Of a stretch of 64,000 nucleotides of DNA, positions 9,282 through 18,107 are shown one piece after another (position 1 is the stretch's first letter; each line of letters opens with the position of its first letter). The DNA lies in assembly GCA_965541585.1 (NCBI GenBank), contig CBEUCH010000007.1, positions 113,055-177,054 on the forward strand, in the 5' to 3' direction. The stretch comes from an uncultured bacterium (lineage in GTDB: Bacteria > Zixibacteria > MSB-5A5 > UBA10806). The position numbers were made by a program, and so were the translations under genes. The notes beneath the pieces are model-generated. The model saw nothing but the letters and a program-made list of their open reading frames with translations, was not told the origin of the DNA and made no database searches.

Positions 9282-10447
9282 GACCGCGCGGTCGCAACCC
9301 GTCAAAACGGCTGCTGATAGCCGTGGCTTTGTTTTCGATTTTGATGTTCTATCTGGCCGAGGGCACAAAGCAGCAGAAACAGGCGCCATATTGGGATCTC
9401 AAAAACCGGGTCGCCAATCTCGATCAGAGGGCCCAGGATTTAATACGTCAGAAAATCGAAGATCTCGGTATCCCGATCGATTTCGAGAACGATCCGAATG
9501 GGACAGGACTGATAGGTGAGCAGTATACACTGATTACTACAGACCGTGGCGAGTTGAGGAGCAAATTGATAGCCACCAACCCTAATTTCGGTGCGGCGAT
9601 GGTTGCGATGTTCAAAAAGAGCAATCTAAAGCGGGGAGATCTGATAGCCGTCAGCATAACCGGCTCTTTCCCCGGAGCAAATATTGCCCTCTACAGCGCC
9701 TGCGAGGTCATGGGCATCGAACCGATCGTGATAACCTCTCTGGGAGCGTCCAACTGGGGGGCCAACCATCCCGACTTCACCTGGCTCGACATGGAACGGA
9801 CTCTATACGAGGCGAAATTGATCTCCTTCCGTTCAGTTGCCTCCTCGCTTGGTGGCGGTACCGATAACGGCCGCGGGCTTTCGATTCAGGGTCGCCGGCT
9901 GCTTCTGGACGCGATAACGCGCAACGATATCGAATTGATTTTCAGCGGTAACATAGAAAACATCATGGAGGCAAAAGGTTCACTCAAAAGCAATATTAAC
10001 AGGCGAATGGAGATATATACCGAGAAGAGCAAAGGGCGTCGATACGCGGCTTATGTCAATATTGGCGGCGGGCTGGCATCGCTGGGTTCGTCGCAGAACG
10101 GAAGACTCATCCCATCCGGAGTCAATTTCGATCTCCACCGCAGGAATTTTCCAGCGCGCGGCGTTATTAACATGATGGCTGAAAGAAAAATCCCCGTCAT
10201 TCATTTGTTGCGTCTGGGTGAAATCGCCAGCGAGTACGGTCTTCCGATTGATGTCGTTCCCGCACCGATTGTTGGTGAAGGGCCTATCTTCTATCGCGAT
10301 GAGTATTCGCTGTCCTCTACGATAATTTATGCTGGAATTTTGATCGTGTTCGTAGTCGCTGCGATCAGAATTGATATTAAATACTATCTAAAAAAGCAAA
10401 CCCAAATACTGTTTCCTCCGCGGAGGAACGATGATCCGGAGCTGTGA
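9278..10447 (+). CDS. pgsW: Poly-gamma-glutamate system protein (PgsW-type)
   Basis: DPNGTGLIG..ITTDRG.L.SK..TNPNF, GSFPGANIA, SLGASNWGAN, SLGGGTDNG, VNIGGG; N- and C-terminal TM helices; coupled to pgsC by an ATGA overlap. Confidence 0.85.
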   Translation: MRPRGRNPSKRLLIAVALFSILMFYLAEGTKQQKQAPYWDLKNRVANLDQRAQDLIRQKIEDLGIPIDFENDPNGTGLIGEQYTLITTDRGELRSKLIATNPNFGAAMVAMFKKSNLKRGDLIAVSITGSFPGANIALYSACEVMGIEPIVITSLGASNWGANHPDFTWLDMERTLYEAKLISFRSVASSLGGGTDNGRGLSIQGRRLLLDAITRNDIELIFSGNIENIMEAKGSLKSNINRRMEIYTEKSKGRRYAAYVNIGGGLASLGSSQNGRLIPSGVNFDLHRRNFPARGVINMMAERKIPVIHLLRLGEIASEYGLPIDVVPAPIVGEGPIFYRDEYSLSSTIIYAGILIVFVVAAIRIDIKYYLKKQTQILFPPRRNDDPEL

Positions 10448-10448
10448 G

Positions 10449-11354
10449 ATGAAAAAGTTCAGCATTCTGATTCTGGCGATTTCGTTCTTGTTCAACGGTC
10501 AGCAAGTGCTGGCGCAATCCAAAACCAAATACAGGGCTTTCAAGCCGTCAAAAGCCGGCGACAGCGTATTCTTGAAATCTGGTACAAGAAGCCTCAGGTA
10601 CTATGTCCTGGAGGCAGGTAAAACAATGTATCTTGAAGTTACCGGCCCGACCCGGATCAAGCTTCGCAGCCGGGCAAGCCTCGGCCTTGTCGATTCGGGG
10701 GATTATGATCTGTATGTCTGGGAAGGCAAAGAGTTGATTGCCAGCCGAAAAGTGGGGACCTCGAAATCCAAGCTGATAATTGATGGCACAAGTGAATATG
10801 TCGGGCTGGCGAGGGATATCTTTTTCAAAGTACCCCGGGGGACGCATACCTATAGCATCTCAGCAAGATCCGAGAAAATCGATAAATTTTATCTGCGGTT
10901 CTATCGGCAGAAAAAGAATAAGAAGAAAGCCACCTATATTCCATACCGACCGTACGATTACTCTAAAGAGGCTAAACTAAAAACCCAAAAATCAGAAATC
11001 CCATATTATCTGGTTGAGAGGGATGGTGGCGTCAGCCTCAAGGTGATTGGCCCAACCAAAATCGGCATTTTTTGCCGCGCTAATTTCGATGCCACCGTCG
11101 AGGATAAATCAAAATTCGCTCTTGGAGTATACGAGAAGGGGAAATCGATCGAAATGTTCACCGGAATTGCGAAAAAGTCTAAAAAGCTGGCATTTTCAGA
11201 CCTGCCCGGTCTAATACCGTCGACTTTGCATAAGTTTTATCTCGATGTTCCCACCGGGGAGCATATCTATGAGTTTAAGAAAGTAAACTCGCCTGCGCCG
11301 AATCTGGCGGTGCGGTTTAAGATTCTGGAAAATACCCTTGGTAAGAAGAGATGA
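10449..11354 (+). CDS. Secreted, strongly basic protein with an internal two-fold repeat; hypothetical
   Basis: Signal peptide MKKFSILILAISFLFNGQQVLA; repeats YYVLE..LEVTGPTRI..VPRGTHTY and YYLVE..LKVIGPTKI..VPTGEHIY; starts 1 nt after the pgsW stop. Confidence 0.75.
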   Translation: MKKFSILILAISFLFNGQQVLAQSKTKYRAFKPSKAGDSVFLKSGTRSLRYYVLEAGKTMYLEVTGPTRIKLRSRASLGLVDSGDYDLYVWEGKELIASRKVGTSKSKLIIDGTSEYVGLARDIFFKVPRGTHTYSISARSEKIDKFYLRFYRQKKNKKKATYIPYRPYDYSKEAKLKTQKSEIPYYLVERDGGVSLKVIGPTKIGIFCRANFDATVEDKSKFALGVYEKGKSIEMFTGIAKKSKKLAFSDLPGLIPSTLHKFYLDVPTGEHIYEFKKVNSPAPNLAVRFKILENTLGKKR

Positions 11355-12424
11355 CCGGACCGCAATATCCGAATAAGATCGACTACGTACCTTTTCTGAC
11401 GCTGATTCTGGCGTTGCTCGTCTGGTCGCCTGCCGGTGCTCAAAAAAAAGAGAAGGCCCCTGAGCCCCGAAAGCTGCAGATGCTTTTTTTAGATGCCAGG
11501 ATGGAGCTGACATATGACGACAACATAATAAATTATTCCGATGCCGATCTCGATCTTTACAGTGATAACGCCCGGCCCGATAAGTTCCTTATAGAATCGG
11601 AAGATGATTGGATCATAACCAGCCGAATCGAATCGCGGCTTAAGGGGGGATTCATCTCGGGTAGAACCGCCTGGATAGATCTTAATTTTACTAATTATTT
11701 CTACGTCAGAAATGAGGTTCGTCGCTACCAGAAATACGGTTTATCCGGCCGACAATATTTCATGCGTGGAGGGTATGCTGAGATTGAGTATTTTTATATT
11801 CCGGATTATTATTATCGTAACCTCTATAATGATTCATACATCGAAGCCAGCTTTTCCAAGCATTTCCTGAAAGCTGAAGTGGGGTTTAATTTGCTGCCAT
11901 CGCTTAAGGGCGATATCTCGTATCGGTTCCAGAGCAAAAGCTTCAACGAGGAGGTGCGGGAACGCGATTTGACAGTCAACGGTGTGAGGCTCGATGGAAT
12001 CTGGAAAGCATCGAAGAAGTTCAAATTCTGGGCTTATTATAGTTTTGAGCGGGCCATAGCAAGGGGGGCGGATGATCCCGATCCTGATATCAAGGATGTC
12101 TCGTATGATGCCTGGGGAATAACTCTGGGGAGCAGGCATTATAGCCCGTATCTGCGCAGATTGAAGCCTCAGCTGGTTCTCTCGCTTCAATATCGAAAGA
12201 TCAAATTCCAGACGACGAAATACCGAGATATCTATAGATTCCTCCGCCGGGATAACAATTACGAATTCAGGATCGGTACCGCCTGGCAGCTTCTCTATAA
12301 TGTTGGCCTGGATATCGATTACAGGCTGCAGGCGAAGCGTTCGGATATTTCTGATCCCCTGGCGAAAAGCCTGCTGGAATACGACTCCAATTCCATATCA
12401 TTCGAATTTAAAAGAAGATTCTAA
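11351..12424 (+). CDS. Predicted outer-membrane beta-barrel protein; hypothetical
   Basis: Signal-like segment ending AGA-Q; YDDNI motif; many amphipathic Tyr/Arg-rich strands; C-terminal Phe (SISFEFKRRF); ATGA overlap with the upstream gene. Confidence 0.7.
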   Translation: MTGPQYPNKIDYVPFLTLILALLVWSPAGAQKKEKAPEPRKLQMLFLDARMELTYDDNIINYSDADLDLYSDNARPDKFLIESEDDWIITSRIESRLKGGFISGRTAWIDLNFTNYFYVRNEVRRYQKYGLSGRQYFMRGGYAEIEYFYIPDYYYRNLYNDSYIEASFSKHFLKAEVGFNLLPSLKGDISYRFQSKSFNEEVRERDLTVNGVRLDGIWKASKKFKFWAYYSFERAIARGADDPDPDIKDVSYDAWGITLGSRHYSPYLRRLKPQLVLSLQYRKIKFQTTKYRDIYRFLRRDNNYEFRIGTAWQLLYNVGLDIDYRLQAKRSDISDPLAKSLLEYDSNSISFEFKRRF

Positions 12425-12431
12425 AAGTCGC

Positions 12432-12460
12432 TTGACCGGAAGAGTCGAAGCGGGTATAAT
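12432..12460 (+). promoter_or_regulatory. Near-consensus sigma70 promoter upstream of pcm
   Basis: TTGACC (12432-12437), 17 nt, TATAAT (12455-12460). Confidence 0.7.
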
Positions 12461-12484
12461 CTTTCCGGGTAAGTATTATTCGCC

Positions 12485-13180
12485 ATGACTATTTTACTGG
12501 CTGTATTAATGATGTTTCCAAAACCACCGGATAGTCCCGACTACCATAAGCGGCGTCTGGGGATGGTGGAACACCAGATAGTGGCGCGCGGGGTTTCTGA
12601 CAATAATGTCCTGAATTCCATGAGAGATGTACCGCGCCATCTTTTTGTCCCGGAAGGTCTGCGAACGAGCGCTTACGACGATAGTCCGCTGCCGATCGGA
12701 TCGGGCCAGACCATCAGCCAGCCGTATATTGTTGCCCTGATGACAGAACTCTTAAAACCCGATTCCGCAGATGTGATCCTCGAAATCGGCACCGGCTCTG
12801 GCTACCAGGCGGCTGTCCTGGCTGAGATCGTCGACACGGTTTACTCAATCGAAATTATCTGCGAGCTTCAGGAAAGAGCTGATTCCACGTTGACGGCTCT
12901 CGGATATACGAATGTCCATACCCGTTGTGGTGACGGCTATGGCGGCTGGCCGGAGGCGGCGCCATTCGACGGCATAATTGTTACGGCGGCGCCGGAGAAG
13001 GTGCCGAGGCCGCTTTTAGAGCAACTCAAAGACGGCGGCCGACTCGTAATCCCTGTGGGGGACATGATTCAATTCCTCGAGGTCCACACCAGGCGGGGAG
13101 GAAAATTCACTAAAGAGCGGAGTGTACCGGTGAGATTCGTTCCCATGACAGGCAAGACGGAGGAGGAAGCCGATGAATAG
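12485..13180 (+). CDS. pcm: Protein-L-isoaspartate(D-aspartate) O-methyltransferase
   Basis: VPRHLFVP, AYDDSPLPIGSGQTISQPYIVA, ILEIGTGSGYQAA, APFDGIIVTAA, GGRLVIPVG, VRFVPM. Confidence 0.95.
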   Translation: MTILLAVLMMFPKPPDSPDYHKRRLGMVEHQIVARGVSDNNVLNSMRDVPRHLFVPEGLRTSAYDDSPLPIGSGQTISQPYIVALMTELLKPDSADVILEIGTGSGYQAAVLAEIVDTVYSIEIICELQERADSTLTALGYTNVHTRCGDGYGGWPEAAPFDGIIVTAAPEKVPRPLLEQLKDGGRLVIPVGDMIQFLEVHTRRGGKFTKERSVPVRFVPMTGKTEEEADE

Positions 13181-14210
13181 AAAGCCGCTATTAGTGCTTT
13201 CAGGCGCACTATTGATTCTGGCATCATGCATATCACATGATGTGGAGTTCGAGGGCAAAACCGTCATCAGCTCCGACGGAAAGATTCGCAGGTCGGGAGA
13301 GCTTAAGATAAGCCTTTCGGGTGACAGGGATGTTGAGAAAGATCTATCCCATGCGATGAAGTTTTATACCGATAATTTCGTACCGCCCGATTCAGATTTA
13401 TTCGAGATTCAACATACGTTCATCGACAGCGTCTTGACTATAACATGGACCGGCGAGATAGATTTAGCCGACTTGCCGATTTCGGATTATACGCATCGTA
13501 TCGGCGACGGCCCTGCAGCAAGCAATAAAATCAGTCTGCAGAAAAAAAGCCGGTGGTTTTACAATGACTTTAGCTATACCGAGATTTACTCCGATCCGGT
13601 CGATACGGTGAAGTTTTATCCCCTGGTCCAGGATGCATTCTCAAAAGCGTCGGATGATATTATGAATCTTATGCCGATGGAAGGGCTTAGAGACCGTCAG
13701 GGAGCAAGAGATCTCCTGGGAGAAATAGAGACTGTGGCCGGTATAGACCTGCTCCGGGCATTTATGGCGTATCCTCGTCGAATGGACAGCCTATCCGAGG
13801 AGCACGAGCATTATGTTTATATGGTTGCCGATAGCCTGGCTGCTTTCGCCGGCGTCAAGCTGGATCCCGATTCTCTGAGCAGCTTGCTGGGGTCAGTATA
13901 CGACGCCGTATGGGATACTCTTTTGTCGGACCATCCGGGTTTGTTCGGCAGTTACGGAATTGTAGAGCCCGAGGAGCACAGATTTAAGATCGAGATTGTC
14001 TATCCCGGCTGCCTTTCCAGCAGCAACGCCGACAGCACTTTTGGAAAGGCAGGCATCTGGATTTTTGATAATCTCGATTTCTTCGCCGGCGAGAAGAGGA
14101 TTGAATTAACATGCAGAATCTGGTCGTGGGTCAATGTGGCTATTACGGTGGTGGTGATCTTGATCGTGCTGGCCGTTATATTATGGCCCATAAGGAGGAA
14201 GCGCTCATAA
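13173..14210 (+). CDS. Hypothetical lipoprotein with an additional C-terminal TM anchor
   Basis: Lipobox ILAS-C; C-terminal hydrophobic helix followed by RRKRS. Confidence 0.6.
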   Translation: MNRKPLLVLSGALLILASCISHDVEFEGKTVISSDGKIRRSGELKISLSGDRDVEKDLSHAMKFYTDNFVPPDSDLFEIQHTFIDSVLTITWTGEIDLADLPISDYTHRIGDGPAASNKISLQKKSRWFYNDFSYTEIYSDPVDTVKFYPLVQDAFSKASDDIMNLMPMEGLRDRQGARDLLGEIETVAGIDLLRAFMAYPRRMDSLSEEHEHYVYMVADSLAAFAGVKLDPDSLSSLLGSVYDAVWDTLLSDHPGLFGSYGIVEPEEHRFKIEIVYPGCLSSSNADSTFGKAGIWIFDNLDFFAGEKRIELTCRIWSWVNVAITVVVILIVLAVILWPIRRKRS

Positions 14211-14226
14211 GGTCGCTCTGAATCTG

Positions 14227-14252
14227 TGCAACCAGGATGACTGCGAATCGTA
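14227..14252 (+). promoter_or_regulatory. Putative SigW-like ECF promoter upstream of the PspC-domain gene
   Basis: TGCAAC (14227-14232), 16 nt, CGTA (14249-14252), versus the B. subtilis SigW consensus TGAAAC-N16-CGTA. Confidence 0.55.
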
Positions 14253-14285
14253 GAAGAAGATGCAAATATATCGAGGGAGAATGAT

Positions 14286-14723
14286 ATGACCAAAAAACTC
14301 TACAGGTCCAGAACCGACAGCATGATAGCGGGCGTCTGCGGCGGGCTGGCCGAATATTTCGATATCGACGCTTCATTGGTTCGGGTCGGGGCGGTGCTTT
14401 TTACGCTGGCCTGGGGATCAGGCCTTCTGGCCTACGTGATACTCTGGCTGGTGGTTACTCAGAAACCACTGGAGTCGTCGGTGACGGAGAGCGAAGGCGA
14501 GCAAAAAGCGACGGATGAGGCAAGCGAGCCGGATAAACTGGAGAGAGATAAGGGCATTATGTTCGTGGGGATAATCCTCACGGTTCTGGGAGCCTTATTG
14601 CTTATGAATAACTATATATCCTTTGCCTGGTTGTCATTTCGCAGGCTCTGGCCGCTTTTGATTATTTTCATTGGACTTATGATCATTATGAAAGGGTCCG
14701 GCAGCAGGGGCGATGAGAGTTAG
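14286..14723 (+). CDS. pspC: PspC-domain protein fused to a LiaF/LiaI-like TM hairpin
   Basis: KKLYRSRTDSMIAGVCGGLAEYFDIDASLVR (PspC); C-terminal GIILTVLGALLLMNN..LWPLLIIFIGL. Confidence 0.85.
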   Translation: MTKKLYRSRTDSMIAGVCGGLAEYFDIDASLVRVGAVLFTLAWGSGLLAYVILWLVVTQKPLESSVTESEGEQKATDEASEPDKLERDKGIMFVGIILTVLGALLLMNNYISFAWLSFRRLWPLLIIFIGLMIIMKGSGSRGDES

Positions 14724-15645
14724 CTCGATCAGATGGGGCGTTATCTGGGTGGGGATCGGTTTTTTCTTTCTGGCCATTAACCTTGAGACGCTGGACAGCC
14801 TTGTTTTCCCCAGGCTTTTTTCTCTCTGGCCGGTTCTTCTGATTGCCGTCGGCGTTGAGCTGATTTTCAGAAAAACCAAATTCTATTTTTTTGCGCTTCT
14901 CTCGCCGCTTCTGATAGCCGGCGCCTTCGTACTTGCGGCATCTCATAAGAGCGGGCCCGGTTGGGACTTCGAAGGATTCTTACGAAGCTGGTCCTGGCGA
15001 TACGAGGGTGAAAAAATCGATCTGGTTGAGATTCCTCTTGACGACGCCATTGATACCGTCGATATAGTCCTGGATTGTGGTCCCGTCGAATTCGCATTCC
15101 AGTCTGTTCCCGGGAGGCTTTTCTCTGCGGAAACCAGGTATTATAAGAGAGGTCCGGTCATCTCTCATCGGAGAGAAGGCGAAGTGGAGTTTATCAGGTT
15201 TGAAGATCGCGAAAAACCCGGGTGGAGCTTACTTAATATAGTGAGATCGGCGCGGCAAACCGATTTTAAAATCCCCGGCCGATTGCCTCTCAAAATGGAC
15301 ATTTCGACCGAAGCCGACTTCCCCGATCTCAATTTCTCGAATATTCGACTTGTTGATCTGGAATTATATGTCAGATCGGGCGAGGTAGCGTTACGGTTGG
15401 GCGATCTGGAGGATTCGGTGAAGGTCGAGATCTCCGGCAAAACCGGCGAGCTTTCGATAATAATCCCATCCAACCTCGGCCTGCAGATTACTGGAGATCC
15501 CGGCAGGCTCGACGATGCGCTGGCGGAGACCGACCTGGTAGAATTTCCCGGAGGTTATCATTCTGATGATTTCGGCGAAGCGGAACAGAAGGTATATATA
15601 TTGATAGACGCGAGAGTAAACGAGGTTTCTATCCGCCGGAACTAG
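14713..15645 (+). CDS. LiaF/LiaI-like membrane protein with a C-terminal beta-rich extracytoplasmic domain
   Basis: WGVIWVGIGFFFLAINL..LWPVLLIAVGVELIF TM module; overlaps the pspC stop. Confidence 0.65.
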   Translation: MRVSSIRWGVIWVGIGFFFLAINLETLDSLVFPRLFSLWPVLLIAVGVELIFRKTKFYFFALLSPLLIAGAFVLAASHKSGPGWDFEGFLRSWSWRYEGEKIDLVEIPLDDAIDTVDIVLDCGPVEFAFQSVPGRLFSAETRYYKRGPVISHRREGEVEFIRFEDREKPGWSLLNIVRSARQTDFKIPGRLPLKMDISTEADFPDLNFSNIRLVDLELYVRSGEVALRLGDLEDSVKVEISGKTGELSIIIPSNLGLQITGDPGRLDDALAETDLVEFPGGYHSDDFGEAEQKVYILIDARVNEVSIRRN

Positions 15646-15653
15646 ATTGTCTT

Positions 15654-15675
15654 TTCGGGAATCACAGTTCCCGAA
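15654..15675. other. Stem-loop directly after the LiaF-like gene (possible weak terminator)
   Basis: TTCGGGAA-tcacag-TTCCCGAA, a perfect 8-bp inverted repeat with no strong U-tract on the + strand. Confidence 0.4.
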
Positions 15676-15742
15676 TGATCTGACGAAAAATATATTCACC
15701 GTCACTAACGCATAGCAATATATAAACTGTTTTCAGTTTTTA

Positions 15743-15770
15743 GGGAATAAAATTCAAATTTGAATGTATA
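15743..15770 (+). promoter_or_regulatory. Putative ECF promoter GGGAATAAA-N13-TGTATA with a palindromic spacer
   Basis: Same boxes and spacing as 5940-5967. The spacer plus the first base of the -10 box forms the perfect palindrome ATTCAAATTTGAAT (15752-15765). Confidence 0.55.
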
Positions 15771-15878
15771 TAATATAGAAGCCGGCTGATACAGGCTGTA
15801 TCAAAGATCAATAACGTAAAATCAGAATAGCTCTAAATGTGTGGTATGCTTCGGAAGCACCAAGAGAGGGAGGGAGTA

Positions 15879-17927
15879 ATGAAAATCACGAAGTCATTAT
15901 GTATCGTAACGGCAATCCTTGTAGCAGTACTTTATGGTATCTCCTTTACGGGAGCGACAGGTTCGATCAAGGGAAAAGTAACAGATGAACATGGCATCGG
16001 GATACCAGGGGTGGCCGTGCAGATCGACGGAACAACGATGGGGGCGGCGGCGAGTTTCGACGGCTCTTATGTTATTCTGAATGTACCCCCCGGAAACTAT
16101 ACCTTAATCGCAAGCAGTATAGGGTATAGCCGGATGACAATCGATAGTGTCGTTGTTGTCGCGGATAGCACCACAGAAATTGATTTCCAGTTGACTTCGG
16201 AAGCCATCAAAACTGGAGATGTTGTTGTTATGGCCCGGAAAGAACAGATAAGAGAATATGAAACCAGCATCGATATGAGAATATCGGGTTCGAATATGAA
16301 ATCGCCCACAACCAATGTAGGAGATGTGCTACGAAATACAGCGGGATTTGTAGGTCAAAACGGTGTGTTTCATGCACGGGGCGGTCGCGGTGGAGAGGTA
16401 TCGTTTATGGTCGACGGAGTCGAGATAAAAGGACGTTTAGGCGGTCTTGATTTTAGACATCGCTCTATTCACTATCCCCCATTCAATATTGAACATAACA
16501 CAGAGGCCTACGACCGAATCTACGAAAACGAATTCCTTGACGCCCTCTCCAATCCTCTTTCGACCTTTTCCATAGACGTCGATGCGGCATCGTACAGCAA
16601 TACCCGTCGCTTCTTAAATGACGGTTATCTTCCGCCGCCCGACGCCGTGCGGATCGAGGAATTTATCAACTATTTCAGCTATGAATATCCCCAGCCTGAT
16701 GACGGTATGCCGTTCTCCATCACAACCGAGGTTTCGGAATGTCCCTGGGAAAATAAGCATAGACTGTTGCATATCGGCCTGCAGGGAAAAAATGTGCCAA
16801 TGGAAGACATTCCTCCCGGAAATCTGGTATTCTTGCTCGACGTATCCGGCTCGATGAATCGTCCGGCTAAGCTGCCGCTATTGAAATCCGCGTTCAAACT
16901 CCTTGTAAAGCAACTGCGTGATGAAGACAGGGTGGCTATCGTTGTGTACGCCGGTGCGTCGGGACTGGTTTTATCGTCGACACCCGGCAGTCAAAAAGAA
17001 ACGATAATAAATGCGATCGAAAATCTATATCCCGGCGGAAGCACGGCGGGGGCGGCCGGAATTAAGCTCGCCTATGAGATCGCCAAAAAGAACTTTATCA
17101 AAGGCGGCAACAACCGTGTGATCCTCGCAACCGACGGCGATTTCAATGTCGGTGTTTCCAGCGACGGCGAACTGGTTCGTATTATCGAAGAAAAGCGCGA
17201 GCAGGGAGTCTTTTTGACCGTGCTCGGTTTTGGGACCGGCAACTATAAAGACTCCAGGATGGAGAAACTGGCCGACAAGGGTAACGGCAACTACGCCTAT
17301 ATCGACAATATCATGGAGGCAAAGAAGGTCCTGGTCAATGAATTGGGTGGCACGCTGTTTACTATCGCCAAGGATGTCAAAATTCAGCTTGAATTCAACC
17401 CTGCGAAAGTTCTGGCTTATCGTCTGATCGGATACGAAAACAGGATGCTCAAAAAGGAAGATTTCAATGACGACAAGAAAGACGCCGGAGAGATTGGCTC
17501 GGGGCATACGGTAACTGCCATTTACGAAATCATTCCCGCCGGGACCGATATGAAAGTCGCCGATGTTGATCCCTTGAAGTATCAACGGTCCAGTATCGAT
17601 CCGGACGCTTATGAAAGCGCCGAACTTATGACAATCAAGTTTCGATATAAGGAGCCCGACGGCGACAAGAGCAAACTCATAACAGTTTCGGTTCTGAGTC
17701 AGGAAATGAAATTAGCGAAAACCAGCGACAATTTCAGGTTTTCAGCTGCGGTGGCTGAGTTCGGGATGCTCCTTCGCGATTCGAAATTCAAAGGGGACTC
17801 TGATTACGATCAGGTCGTCGAGCTTGCCTCGGGGGCAAAGGGAGAGGATTCCGAGGATTATCGAGTGGAGTTTATCAGGCTGGTCAAGCTGAGCAAAGAT
17901 CTCTCGAAATCGGTGGCGGAGAGATAA
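15879..17927 (+). CDS. Secreted YfbK-like vWA protein with N-terminal carboxypeptidase-regulatory-like and TonB-plug-like domains
   Basis: TGSIKGKVTD..G.Y.ILNVPPGNYTL; plug-like RGGRGGEVSFMVDGV; YfbK-type STFSIDVDAASYS and VRIEEFINYF; MIDAS DVSGSM, GST, ATDGDFNVG; YRLIGYENR..DFNDDKKDAGEIG. Confidence 0.88.
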   Translation: MKITKSLCIVTAILVAVLYGISFTGATGSIKGKVTDEHGIGIPGVAVQIDGTTMGAAASFDGSYVILNVPPGNYTLIASSIGYSRMTIDSVVVVADSTTEIDFQLTSEAIKTGDVVVMARKEQIREYETSIDMRISGSNMKSPTTNVGDVLRNTAGFVGQNGVFHARGGRGGEVSFMVDGVEIKGRLGGLDFRHRSIHYPPFNIEHNTEAYDRIYENEFLDALSNPLSTFSIDVDAASYSNTRRFLNDGYLPPPDAVRIEEFINYFSYEYPQPDDGMPFSITTEVSECPWENKHRLLHIGLQGKNVPMEDIPPGNLVFLLDVSGSMNRPAKLPLLKSAFKLLVKQLRDEDRVAIVVYAGASGLVLSSTPGSQKETIINAIENLYPGGSTAGAAGIKLAYEIAKKNFIKGGNNRVILATDGDFNVGVSSDGELVRIIEEKREQGVFLTVLGFGTGNYKDSRMEKLADKGNGNYAYIDNIMEAKKVLVNELGGTLFTIAKDVKIQLEFNPAKVLAYRLIGYENRMLKKEDFNDDKKDAGEIGSGHTVTAIYEIIPAGTDMKVADVDPLKYQRSSIDPDAYESAELMTIKFRYKEPDGDKSKLITVSVLSQEMKLAKTSDNFRFSAAVAEFGMLLRDSKFKGDSDYDQVVELASGAKGEDSEDYRVEFIRLVKLSKDLSKSVAER

Positions 17928-17945
17928 TAATGGCGATATTCAAAA

Positions 17946-17971
17946 GGCGTCAGGTCGGGCGACCTGACGCC
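17946..17971. repeat. REP-like palindrome / possible terminator
   Basis: GGCGTCAGGTC-gggc-GACCTGACGCC, an 11-bp perfect stem between convergent genes. Confidence 0.6.
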
Positions 17972-18060
17972 GCATCTTAAAACTAAACAAAAAGCCTTTA
18001 TATTGCTTGATGACAGGGTGAAATCGATTACGATCAACACGTATTGAGTAAAGAGCGCTT

Positions 18061-18087
18061 TGGTTACCAAGCGCGGCTTGGTAACCA
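18061..18087. repeat. REP-like palindrome / possible terminator
   Basis: TGGTTACCAAGC-gcg-GCTTGGTAACCA, a 12-bp perfect stem. Confidence 0.6.
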
Positions 18088-18107
18088 GGGGAATAATTAA
18101 GCGATTA

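Noticed and set aside
12485..14210. pcm as part of the PGA operon
   Set aside because: It has its own near-consensus promoter (12432-12460) immediately after the barrel gene.
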